NCBI RefSeq assembly: GCF_963853765.1
Contig: NC_088854.1
Coordinates: forward strand, 36,952,001 to 37,016,000
Direction of reading: 5' to 3'
Origin: Magallana gigas
Lineage: Eukaryota
Length of the DNA: 64,000 bases
Both the position numbers and the translations under genes were made by a program. Under the pieces are notes generated by a model. It was not told where the DNA came from. It made no database searches and saw only the letters and a program-made list of their open reading frames with translations. The stretch's first letter is position 1. Each line of letters opens with the position of its first letter. Positions 25,027 through 37,522 of this stretch are shown piece after piece.

Positions 25027-27331
25027 ATTCACTAGTAAACACTGACAAATGAACTGACAAATGAAAAGTTAGCATGCTATAAGTTTTTAAATCTAGTGAT
25101 ATCATGTATATACATTTGCAGAAGAGGACCGCGGACTGGTGGTCTCCTTACTCCCCGATCACGTCAGTGAGATAGTCACATTTCCCGGCAGGGTAGACAA
25201 CTTTGTGAACTCTAAAGACACGACGGATGACAAATCAGGTCACCGGTTTTTGTATTTCTTCGGTCGCACGGACGTTCTTAGTATGGCGTGTGACCCATGG
25301 AATCATTCCATGTATGTTCTGGATGGTCTGTCCCAGAGTCTCTACAAGATGCACCATTTCAACATCTGGATGAATGATACTGAGAGAAACGTGACCCTCA
25401 TGCATAAGGGGGTGTCGCACTCCGCTACATCCCAGATAGCGTTCGATTGGCTTTCTCGGAACATCTATTGGACAGATGACTATTACAATTGGATTGGTGT
25501 ACAGCCCGTCGATACCGAGGATAAGACTATGTACAAAATTATCATGCACGATGGACTCTGGTCCCCGCTAGCTTTGAGTTTGGACCCTATTAAAGGGTAA
25601 GTGAGCGAAATCTGGTCATCAAATTGCTTCGAGATTTTCACTAATTATAAAAACAGTTATGAATGTTTGATCTATTTTCAGATATTTGTTTGTTGCTGAG
25701 CATGGTGCCAATACGGTTATAGAGCGTGCCGATCTGGCCGGCGAAAACCGGAAGACCATCATTACCTCGGTTTCAAAAGTCCCTGACATAGTGGTGGATA
25801 CAGAGGAAGAAAGGATCTACTGGATAGACATCGGCAGGAATGCTCTAGAAACGGCCAAATATGACGGCACCGACAGACGACTGGTGCGGCGCTCCACCAA
25901 TATCTACATCATGATGAGTGGACTCACTCTGTACAAGGTCTGGCAACTTTTACTTTTGGGGAAGAAACCCAAATTAAAATCCATCAAAAAATATATGTAT
26001 GGGAAATCTTAAGTATTCACTTCAAATGATAGATGTATTGAATCTCGATCCATCAAACTTCAACTTCATGGAGAAAAAAACAATATGTAATTTAAATTGT
26101 TTGCTTGATATCTTATTTCAGGATGTGGTGTGCCTAACAAAGTTTCAGGAGAATGAGGTTTTGTGTCTGGACAAAAGAAGCGGTTCCGTGGTGTGGTCTA
26201 CCACTTTTGCGACTCAGCAGCCCTGGAGTGTGGAGGTGTATGACAAAGATCTACAGAAAAGAGTTCCCCGTACGTCGCCCCTTAAAATCTACCACACGAT
26301 TAAGATACTATAATGTACAAATATTATGCAACATTTGTTTTGATAGATGATCATAATTTCAAAAAATTTCCATGATATGAAAGCTAATTAAAGAATATCT
26401 TTTTTTTTCAGACGAATGCGAAAAGAAAGGTTGCAGCCAATTTTGCGCAAATACCCCGACTGGTGCTAAATGTCTTTGCAAAGAAGGACAAGAACTTGAC
26501 ACGGACGGTAAAAGCTGTAAAGGTAAATCAGGTCTTGTAACGCGTGAAACAAGAAAAATGATGAATCGTATGTTTGTTATTATCATTTTAATAACATCGC
26601 GATTAGGAAAAAATTTGTGGTCAGCCTGTCTGTAGTATAATCCCAACTTTACATTGTTTCATTTCAGTCTCTCATACATTGTATGGTAAAGGGCTCTTGG
26701 TAGCCAATGGTACAGACTTGTGCATGCTGGACATCCGGGTGATTACGGGTCATGAAAGCGATGCCCGGTGCTTCCTTTTCTGGAAACACAATATCACTCA
26801 CCTAGCTGTCGACGCCAACCAGAACAAGATTTATTTCACGGACGACGTAAGCAGGAGGATCCAGAAACACGACATTGTACTCAATGTCACTTCCATCATA
26901 GCAACTACATCCTCAGTATCTGGTATATATAAATATGTTGTTTTCTAAGAATCTCATAATACGTTTTATGTTTTCCCCTAGAAAAATTTATTTAAAACCA
27001 CTGTATTGTGTAAGTTGATTTATATATACAATTTAAAATTTTGCTCCTTTTCATTAATTTACACTTTCTTTTTTCTCCAAACTTTAATTTAAATTTTAAA
27101 AGTTTAGAATTGTTCAATGGTTTGGCGTTGGTTTGTAGGACTTGTGTACGATTGGGTCAATGATGATGTATACTGGTCAGAGGCCGACTCCGGGAAGGTT
27201 AAGGTCACTACTACAGCAGACAACGTCCGACAAGAAGCCACCATTTTCTGGGGCCTTGATCGCCCCACATACCTTACAATTAACCCACATAACTCGTGAG
27301 TATGAAGATAACCAAACCCCCCACCCCTCTC

Positions 27332-27401
<70 letters not shown>

Positions 27402-30400
27402 ATATTATATATAAATTAATGGACGACACAAAAAATAATTTGACCGGAAGATTTAAGATGGGCGTTTTTATTCTGTTCACACTTCAGACTTCAATGTAGG
27501 ACAAAGAAACTAGATCATCTAATTCATTTATATCTAAAAGTAATTTGGTCAGTCGAGCGAAGCATCAACTGTCACATTCCCAAATCTAAATGAGTCGATG
27601 ATTTGCCATTGTACACTCCTCGCATGTCATTACATGACAGTTGACATTCATCACTCAAATAGATGATTTCTTAATAAGGGGAAAAACGGTTACACGTGAC
27701 GATTCTGTAGTAAATACGAATCTGTTCATTAGTTGAGAGATATTGTACGATTTAGTTTTCACCGAAACTATTCAGCTTTGGCAACACCTTGATAAATATG
27801 TTTATTTTAAAAAAGAACGAAAAGTTTTCTAATATGAGATATTTTAAGTGCATATAGGCCATTCATGTAAGACATTTTTTGTTGGAAGTAAGTTAATGAA
27901 TGAAGAACTTTAAAAAGAAGAAGACTTAAAACTATGATGAATTTCAATATTTTAGGTCATTGTACTGGATATCAAATAAAAACGGACAATACAGTATTGA
28001 GGGCGGGAGCTTTGACGGAATGAAACGATGGAGAATAGCGGAGAAAGCCACACTCCAAAGCCCATCTGGATTATTTTATGATTATTCATACAAAAAGTAT
28101 GTACGCACCTATCCACAGAAATCAGAGTACCACCAGAGTACCACCATGTACTTTGACAATTATATCTGACATATATGTTTACTGCTGACTGACATAAATT
28201 ATTTCGGTAAAATACTATCTGAATTTTGCAGGCTATTCTTCATTGATAAAGGGGAGCTCAAAAGTATACTTCCAGACGGGAGTAGCCTTTTAGCTTTGAA
28301 TTCCGTAGGAAGCGACAGCAAGGTTGTTGTATATAAGGTAAGTTTTACAGACGCTTTACTACAACACTGTGGTTCCTCTCACTAACGTTCAAAATGATGT
28401 TCATTGAGCTTTTTTTGTCCTTACAGGATTATGCTCTTGTTACTAATATCAAGAATTCTGTTCGAACACTCAACATCCACACGAAAGCTATGCAGGGTTC
28501 TTTAAATCTAACAAACGTTCAGAAAATTTTGGACATTGCAGTGTTTGATAAAAGCATTCAACTGACAGAGAAATGTGAGTATAAGAACGTGAATCTATAT
28601 TTAAAAAAAAAGTTTCTTGCTTGTTACTTGTAAGGTTGAAAATTAAAATTATTTAAATTACTTGTAATTTCTCAGCTCCTTGCATGGTCAATAATGGAGG
28701 ATGTGAACATATATGTACCGTAGACACAGGAATGAAGAAATGTCGCTGCGGGTTTGGATACACTCTCAAATCAGACGGACTCAATTGTTCAAGTAGTAAG
28801 GGAGATTAGTTGTTCTTTTTATATCGATAAAAGCAGGGTCTTTATGGAATCCACTCATTGAAGTTTGCACATGGTATTGTTAACTTGCATTTTCGTTTGT
28901 TTATTTACAGTTCCAATTATGGAGGACTTTGCATTGACAGTAGACTACACTCATGGAATACTCTATCAGGTCTCTCTTAGTAACGCCGAAGTGACGGCAG
29001 TGGATCTTCCGCCGCCTAACTACCCAATGAGCGCTGCGTACGACGCTAAGCGTCACCGCGTGTACTGGACAGACTTCCAGCGATACCAGATTCTGGAGAG
29101 CACGATCTGGGGCAAAAATAAAACAGTCGTCTTTAACACAGGTCAGTCACACTTGGAAAAGTAAAATAGATGGGAGGGGTAAGGGTGTTTGTTTTGTTTT
29201 GATTTTGGTTTTGGGGGTTGGGGTGGAGGAGCATGTATATTCTACTGAAAGGTATTGATACGTGTTAAAGTGAGCAGTTGATAGTTTAAGATATGCTGAT
29301 AACCTAATGAACCGTCTTTTTGTAACTTTCAGGGTCATACATTCCCGGTTCCATTCAGGTTGACTCATCCACGGGAAATATCTACTACGCCGCCACCACC
29401 TTTGACTTTATGAAGGGTGTGACGTCACATATCGCGGTTGTACGACCAAAGAGTGAGCAGAACAAAGTGGTGATCTCGCAGTTAGAAGTGGTCAAAACCA
29501 TTGCGCTGCATCCCCAGAAAGGGTAGGGAATTGAGTGTTAAGAATTTATGCTACAAATGTACAGATTCCAAGCTCATGTAGTTCATTATTTAGTGTGAAT
29601 AAAACCCAAATCATTTATGAATACATATATAGCACACAGATGTCTTCAAGATAATAGCGACAATTTCTTTTCTCCATCATTTTTCTGGATACATTCTTAG
29701 TGTTGTCTTTGCTGTAGATGGCTTTACTGGATTGACAAGGGAGGTGCCCAGTACACGGCTTATATCGGGCGAGGCGCCATGGATGGCGACAGTCGCTCTT
29801 TCTTCGTGTCCTCCAATTTGTTTAGCCCCACCGGTTTAACTGTTGACTACCAAGGTGAGTGTTACCCATTGGATATGAAAATCTTAACAAATTAAATTGT
29901 GATTTTAAACCAAAACCCAATTCTACGGCGAGTTTCAAAAGTTGCCCCGATGTTAAGCATCATCCTTTTTATATTTCAGGTGATAAGTTATACTGGTCTG
30001 ATAGTTACATGAATACAATCAATTATATTGGTTTGGACGGCACCAACCGAGGGGAACTGACCCATGATCCTCGTGCAGATATTATGCATATTGCAATATT
30101 TGGATCCCATTTGTACTACACTGCTGTGAACAGGCAGTAAGATATACAACACATTTCTTAGTGAAAAAATACCGAATAGAATATATTTTTATTTTATTTT
30201 ACACTTCATGTAATTAACTTATGTCAAAAATGTAACTAATTTATATATAATTACAGGTTCATCACTAAAGTGAACAAAGAGACGGGAACTATTTCTTCTT
30301 GGATGAGTGAAACGCCGGAATTCGGACGTTTGGAAACATTGGACATATATCCAGGAGACCCCATGCCAGGTATGTAAAATATTATCAAAGGTTAATACCC

Positions 30401-32888
30401 CCTCCCTTCCAAATAAATAGGATCTATCAAAATTGGTCGATATATTGATAAATCCCTCCGTTCAAGACTTTGTAATTGGTCTCTTTCTTAATATTTGCCA
30501 TTGCTATTGTTTTCAGTTAACGAAAAATGTGCCGTAAATAATGGTCTGTGTAGTACGTTTTGTTTACCAACTCCGTTCGGTCGGACGTGTGCTTGTGAGG
30601 AAGGAGTTCTATTGGAGAAAGATGGCAGAACGTGTAAAGGGGGTGAGTCCTTAGTCTTCAGATTTATGTGGTCAACACTGCGAAAGGAAAGCATGTTGGT
30701 TTCCACGAACGGTTTTAGCTTAGTTAACAGTCCTGAATTATAAATAGTTTCTTCTATATATGCGTAAATGCAAATATGTTACCCAGAGTAAATGAGGTCA
30801 CTCAATTCCAGGAAAATACGTGCTACGTTGTTTGTTATCCTATATTTCCTTGTAAATTTCCTGGGTTGGATATAAATATAGAAGTCTAGTTTAAATCTAT
30901 AGTTAAATGATTAAAAGTGTATCAAATTGTTGATCTGTGAATCAGTGTTATTCACGGTATACAGATTATTATGGTTCCAAGGTTAGGAAGTATCCTCAAT
31001 TATCGAAAATAACAATTGATCGAAACTTCTAGATTGAACAGCTCAAAAAATATAATTATAAAATTATTGTGCAATGATATAGTTAAGATCTACATCCTTG
31101 ATATTGATAGTTAAAATACAAACTATCTAAGATACAATGATATTTTTTTTTCTATAAAAGTTCATTCTTCAAACTTAGGTTTGTTTAACTGAAAAGGTGC
31201 AATTACATTTTTTTTTAATTTGAAAAATGTAATAAGACAGCAATTAAGAAAACTTGTTAAACATTGTGTAAATATTTGTCATTTTGCACAAGATTTTGAA
31301 TTCATGCTTCAGTCAAGAAGTGTAACCAGACTGTTCCAAATGGGGGGTTTGACGTGGAGTGCAGCGGTTACCTAGGAACCACGTGCAAGTATCACTGTTC
31401 CCAAGGTTACATCCCAGCAATGGCGAACCAAGAGTTACACTGTAGCTACAATGGAGACTGGGGTGTTCGCATGGAAAAACTCTGTGAGTACAAGTTTAGT
31501 TCTGATTGGGAAACTAAAACATGCAACTTCTAGTATAGTTAGAATTGTTTCTTAGCCATTATTTACATCAAATATTGCATGCTTTTCATCTAGAATGATA
31601 CCACAGCCCCATAATGCAATGACCTGCATACGTGATTACTGAAAAAATTAACAAAATGTCTTATTTAATGTGCATATTAACGAAAGAAATGTGAAATCTT
31701 GTATCTTTTTGATGTCTATCAATAACTTATTGTTCGACAAAGACGTGTATCACTCTGCATGCACATCACGGATTTTACCTAATAAAAGGAATATGAATAA
31801 GTAGTTGAAATTTTAAAAAAAATCAGAATGAACATTTATAACATTTCAAGATTATTTACTGCTATGTGGTCTTTGAAGTCAATTGTTCAGTATGAATGCA
31901 TTCATGTGACGAGACCGTATCGTGTTGATACATAGTCATGTACATGTATGTTTATTAATAATGCATGTGCTTGCCTAAGTCTGCCAGCCGTTTCTGATTT
32001 GTTACATACTTTGACCTCGTCAGCTTCGTTATGTTCTGTGACGGTTTTTTTCTAGGACAGTGCACTTAAAATAACGCTATCTGTACTTTTCACAGGTGAA
32101 CCTTACGGTCCCGCTAGGGCCGATTTCTCCACAGAGTCTCGTGAACTAGACAGGGCGGCCCTCGGGGGGATCCTGGGAGCGGTCATCTTCGTCCTTCTCG
32201 CCGCCATTGTCGTTATAATCCTTGTATTATACAAGAGGTACAAACATAATTACATACATCTTGTTTGTTTTTGTTTCAAAAACGGAATAACTTTTTAAAA
32301 CACCCAAATTAAACACAACTTTGCCATAAACTCAATGTCGGTTACCAACAAGTGATTAACATCAAATCTCTCTGAAAACCGTGGTTTGTTACGTTATTAT
32401 TGGGGTTGTTCTGAATTTTAAATACCATATTTCAATATCACATGCATAAATGATAATATATTCATGTACCATTATAGACCTAGCACTAAATTTCATATTT
32501 CACCAAAACAGTTCCAAAGTAGTCGGACAGCATGAATAAACACGAAGATTTAGACCTACTATAATATGTAAAAACAATCTCGTATATTAATTTATTTTTT
32601 TTTAACCATTTCTACCTTATACACATTTGCAGATTATATATTTTCTCTTGCAGACGATCGGGTATGTTTGCTCACGCAAAGTTTGTTAACGCTCCAAATG
32701 TACAGCTAAATCCATCTAATGCCGAGAAGATAGACGAGAAAGACCTCTCCAATGGGAAGGATCACAGCAACGGAACTTTGAATGGAACTATGGGAACTAG
32801 CAACCCAGTGTACGAATACAAAACCGACACAAACAATTCCAACAGTTCTCATCACGTCTACACGACATTGGATATTCAGAAAATGTGA
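22390..32888 (+). CDS. LDL-receptor-related (LRP-like) type I membrane protein, about 1160 aa: SP-(YWTD propeller-EGF)x3-Sushi-TM-NPxY tail. 20 exons: 22390-22453, 25122-25596, 25682-25937, 26122-26269, 26412-26522, 26668-26922, 27139-27295, 27956-28096, 28232-28337, 28427-28574, 28676-28795, 28911-29141, 29333-29522, 29718-29854, 29980-30136, 30257-30369, 30517-30642, 31313-31483, 32096-32237, 32654-32888
   Basis: All junctions are GT-AG and phase-compatible; the exons sum to 3483 nt. Signal peptide MALVWKILFYFTGLLIAVTCQ. Motifs IYWTD, IYWID, IYFTD, VYWSE, VYWTD, LYWID, LYWSD. Three EGF exons (e.g. CAVNNGLCSTFCLPTPFGRTCAC). TM ALGGILGAVIFVLLAAIVVIILVLY; tail contains NPVY. Confidence 0.92.
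24958..25023. repeat. (CT)n microsatellite
   Basis: Uninterrupted CT run in intron 1 of the LRP-like gene. Confidence 0.97.
27336..27396. repeat. (CT)n(CA)n compound microsatellite
   Basis: Intronic compound dinucleotide run. Confidence 0.97.
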
Positions 32889-33563
32889 TCACGTGACTCT
32901 CGGGGTAGTATCATTCCAGATTTTGAAATCCATCTATCAGGAGACTGAAATCCACTTATACTAATGTGTCTCTAACTGGAGCAGTTCTTCAAAGAATGGT
33001 TAGGACATCGCATCTTTTCAACATTGAAATGGACATTATTAATAAGTGTTGATTTTCAGATGTAAGATTTTTTTTTATTGTTGATGTTTATATGGTGCTG
33101 AGGGATTGATTTTTAATATCCTGAAATCTAGACAAATAAATACATGATTGTATGTTTAATATAGTGTACGAGGACTTTAGGTTGATGTTTTATGGTTAAG
33201 AAGGCGGCCATTTTTTCTGCTGAATACTTTGGCATGTATATATAATGAACTTGGAGCAAATTCTTGGAATCGTTTGGTGAATGAACGAAAGGCCATTGTC
33301 GGTGATAACACGCCTAACATATACATGATGACAACATTCCGAGGAATAAGAAATGACCAGAACGGCCATTGGCTGCTACGTCATAAAAGAAGCCAATTTA
33401 TAATCACTGCCGTGAAGTTAATAACTTCGAGGAAAACAAAAGTCGACAAATACGGTTTTTACTTTTTTACTTTGTTTATTTGAAATAATCACTCAACAGC
33501 ACAAAAGAAGATGCATGCCCGAAAGTATAATTCGTACAAATGGTTTTATGGGTAAATAAAGTT

Positions 33564-34185
33564 TTAATGTTCAAATTGTCCTGTCGTTGACCGTATAAAA
33601 TCCTGTAGGAGGTGGAAAGCACTTGGGAAGGTCGGGCTCGCGGTCCGGCGGGGGCGGGAGTTGGACGGAGAGTTCCGGCGATCTATCGGAATCAGGGGCA
33701 CCAGAAGTAAGTCGCCGGCGACTATTGCCCCGCTCTGTGGCGCCGAGGGAAGAACCCATAAACTATGGTCTCTAGCTGAACTAAAGTCTCGAAAGGCAAA
33801 GAGAGCTCCTCCTAGGAAACGAATAATATATTATACGCTTTTGTAGCTTTGTTTAATTCACTAAAATATTTCTACATGGGTATTCTGTCAATTTTATTCA
33901 TATTTTTAACTTTTCTTTTAATTGTAATAGATGACCGATAAAAAGAAAATAATTTTCATTCCTTTTATGGTTTGATAAAAATTCCTGGAAAGAATGATAA
34001 TCCTTTGACTAGTCTTCCGCTATAATCTTTTATCATATTCATAAACATATTATTGCATTTTCATTTGTCAACGATATCAGGTTTTTGGATGAAAACATAA
34101 CAGATGCCCTTAAAATAGTATTTGTTATTTCCCCTGTATACCTGTTATTTATCTACAACCCTGTACGTGTAACGAAGAAACCCAT

Positions 34186-34219
<34 letters not shown>

Positions 34220-34967
34220 GAAGGATAATTGTGTTTGCCAGGGGGGGTCCGAGGCATATTTTCGCGATAATTTTACTATGTAAATTTAATAAATTTTCAT
34301 TTTCCAGGGGGGTCGGGACCCTCCCGACCCCCCCCCCCCCCCCTCTAGATCCGCGCATGAAACCTAATGCTTTGAAAGTAAGTATCGTTGTAAATTTAAG
34401 CTGAAGAAATATGTATCAAACAATATATTATATTTATTTGTTTAATTAACAAAATGACATCATTTCTACATTAATTTAAGTTTCTCCTCTTTATCCTTTT
34501 ACATGTAAGAGATCAAGACTGCTTTCTACATTGTAAACTAAATACACGTTTCATATTAATTACACGGTTATCATAGAAACGCTTTATATATAAAATCCGT
34601 ACTCTTACAAATCATATAAAATATACTTTGGAACGTAAGTAATGAACGACTTAATCAATCTCTCTCTCTCTCTACCTCTCTCTTACCTCGGTTTCCACTG
34701 ACGCCGTGGTGGCTTATTCCAACGAATAAAAGCACAAGAAGAACTAAAAATTTCTCCATTTCACTAGTTATATCTGGACTCTGAAAACAAAATATTAGAT
34801 ATTGTTGCAGTGATTGTTTGCATTAATTAATTAATGAAATCATCCATTCATTCATTATTTGTCACAACTTGTCATAGAATGTTATCAGTCTTGCTTACTT
34901 AATTTTAACGAAGAATTATATTGCAGAAAGAGCATCCGAAATTCCCTGCACTACCTTTTGAGTTCAT
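33564..34967 (-). CDS. Putative 105-aa secreted prepro-peptide-like protein. Coding exons 34967-34955, 34743-34687, 33811-33564; probable 5' UTR to 35026 and an upstream exon ending at 35367
   Basis: Three GT-AG-bounded, phase-1-compatible exons give MNSKVLLVLLFVGISHHGVSGNRGGALFAFRDFSSARDHSLWVLPSAPQSGAIVAGDLLLVPLIPIDRRNSPSNSRPRRTASPTFPSAFHLLQDFIRSTTGQFEH*. There is an in-frame stop upstream of the ATG, a signal-peptide-like N-terminus, a GC-rich last exon, and AATAAA at 33480-33475. Confidence 0.7.
34183..34359. mobile_element. MITE with CATG termini and 5-bp TSD (AAACC)
   Basis: aaacc|catgcgcggatccaga ... tctagatccgcgcatg|aaacc. It lies in an intron of the minus-strand peptide gene. Confidence 0.85.
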
Positions 34968-37522
34968 GGATTGTAACTGGTCCAGCTAAGGTCGTGCCGA
35001 GTTATTTGTTGGGAACACGGGTAAAGCTGTATTGATTGATTGCATATCAATTACTGTATACTTATCTGTATAAGGGCAATAACCCTGTCAAAAAGGGTGT
35101 GATCTAGTGTGTTCTTTCTATCTCGATGTAATGAATATTAAGATAATTGTTTTGACCCGAACAACAGTTGCATAACACACGGTGTATCTATACACAATCG
35201 ATAAACAAGAAAACAATAAACATGTTATTCAATGCGATATTACAGTTCCGTTGAATCAAAGAAATCAAATGCATCTATAAGGCATGTACATACAATAATA
35301 AAATCGCGGAGCATTTGGCCTGATAACGTCTAACAAAAACATTAAAAAAATTACGATGTGCTTTACCTCAGGTTTGCCTGTCAAAACGCGAGGGTCGTGA
35401 TCGTCCGCGGGGGTGGCGTTGCATCATACTACTGCGAGTATACACATTGTGAAATGCATTAATAAAAACATAATGTGTGTTCAATGTATTTGTAAATTTT
35501 TGGGGGTTTGTACATTAAACTGAAAAACCGATTAAATACGTGAATATAATTCAGTTTCATTTTTTTGCTGGTATCCTCCACAGCGGTTTTCAGTTTGGTT
35601 TCCAGTTGAAAATATATACCTTAGTTTTATTTTTTTTTTTACCAACTATAGAAAGGGATTTGTTTCTCCTAGGGGTGTGATATATCTATTTTAATTACTT
35701 TGCCTAAATCCTTTACTTATTAATTCGCTAATTGTAAATAATAATGAAACTTTTATTTCTTTCAAATGTGAAAACGAAGTAAGACCAGACAAAATACGCC
35801 AGCTTTCTTATTCTTCATGTACCTTAATGATTTGCATGAATTTTTGCACATGCATCTTATGTTCAGAGTTTACCAAATTTTATATGACTTGTTTGAAATA
35901 AGTTGAATATTTCTTTTTTAATTGTTTACTTTTTTTATGAATACGACGTTGTGCTGTTCGCAGAAACTCCTGAAAATTTGCATGGACAATTAGATTGTTT
36001 TCATACTTATTGCATGAAATGAAACCTGATAATGAATATCGATAAATCTAACATATTAATATCTAGCAGAGGTAGGCGGAAAGAAAACATATAGATAAAA
36101 ATAATGGAAAACTAATTGAAGTTGATACCGATTTTAACTACTAGTATATGGGAATCGTATTTAGCAGAAGAGGATCTTCTAAGAATGCAATACAGAAATT
36201 AGCCGAAAAAGCATTATATAAAGTGTTAAAAAGGAGATTCCATAACCTTTCAATGCAAAGCATGTCAAATAGATTTTTTTGACAAAAATTTCTAGCCCAT
36301 ACTATTGTGTAGATGTGAATTGTGTTGTGTGGATGGGAATTTTTCAAACATTGCAATTATAGAAAGGATTTAATTCAAATTTTGTCAACTTTTACTCCAT
36401 TTAAAACAATCAGTTCCAGATTAAATGATGTATGGTGAATTTGGTAAATATCCATAGAAATTCAAATAAAACCACGCATGGTTTTTATATTGGACGAGAA
36501 TATTCGTAGGAAAGTATACAATAATCTATTATTTAGGCATTTGTAGGAATAAAGAAATGGGGGGGGGGGGGGGGGGCTTAATAAATTGGTTTGAAAGCAT
36601 GAAAACATTTTGAATAATTGTGGACAGTCTAATATTTGGATTGATCAACGAGTCGATACATACAAAATAGCGGAAATTAAAACTTACTTTAATTGATAAA
36701 TTCAAGCTTTAAATTATAAGAATAAATTATAAATTAGCGAGGAAAAATCAGATTTTGAGAATCATTTAAGACAGTATTAACAAAAAAGAAATGCAATTAC
36801 TTTTGTAGATTTCGAACTTATTATCAACTACCAATTGAAGTAGAAGATATATTGGGTAAATATTAGATTCTGTGCTTGTTGCAATCGACATGAAATTGGA
36901 AATTAATGTACTCCATCACTCTCTTATAGCTGTAATTCATTGCAACAAAAACGCGTTCAATTTTTATTAGAAAAAAAAAACTATCAAAATAAAAATGCTA
37001 CATGTATTAGTTTTGAATCAATAATGTCTGGTACAAAACGATCATATATTTTTTCGTTTTCAGTTCAGTGCCACGACGACAGCACTGTTTTCTTTGGAAA
37101 GTATGCCGAAATGCTCCCCCGGGTTTAGAACCTCCATACTTCATACTTGTATTTATGACGAGTCAAAGTTTATATTTATCACGCGCATGCGATGTTTATT
37201 AGTTAGTACTTGTACCATTGTACAATGATGTTGAGATTAAAATAAATGAATAAGTAACACCCCCTTCTTCTGGGAACATTTTCTTCTCCGGCATTCTTCC
37301 AAGCACATTAATTTTTTTTTTTTTTTGCTTTGGTATTTTTTTGTTTGGTTGGTTTTTATTTTAGAAAGAACAAAAATATTAGAATTTTTGTTTTTATTTT
37401 AAAATCATAATCAATCGCTGGACCTGAAAAAGGAAAAAAGAGGGAGGTATGGCGTTTTACGTACGACTTATCGAAAACGTCCAACTTTCACTTCAATATT
37501 TCCGGTTTTGCCACATCACAAC

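Noticed and set aside
24794-27499. ORFs with poly-SL, poly-ER and poly-HT/CV tracts
   Set aside because: Translations of (CT)n and (CA)n microsatellites in introns of the LRP-like gene.
33571-33846. ORF-track proteins MGSSLGATERG... (-) and MDGEFRRSIG... (+), and a possible plus-strand exon ending at gtaagt 33707
   Set aside because: Alternative frames of the same GC-rich exon. Only the third minus-strand frame links by splicing to a start codon and signal peptide.
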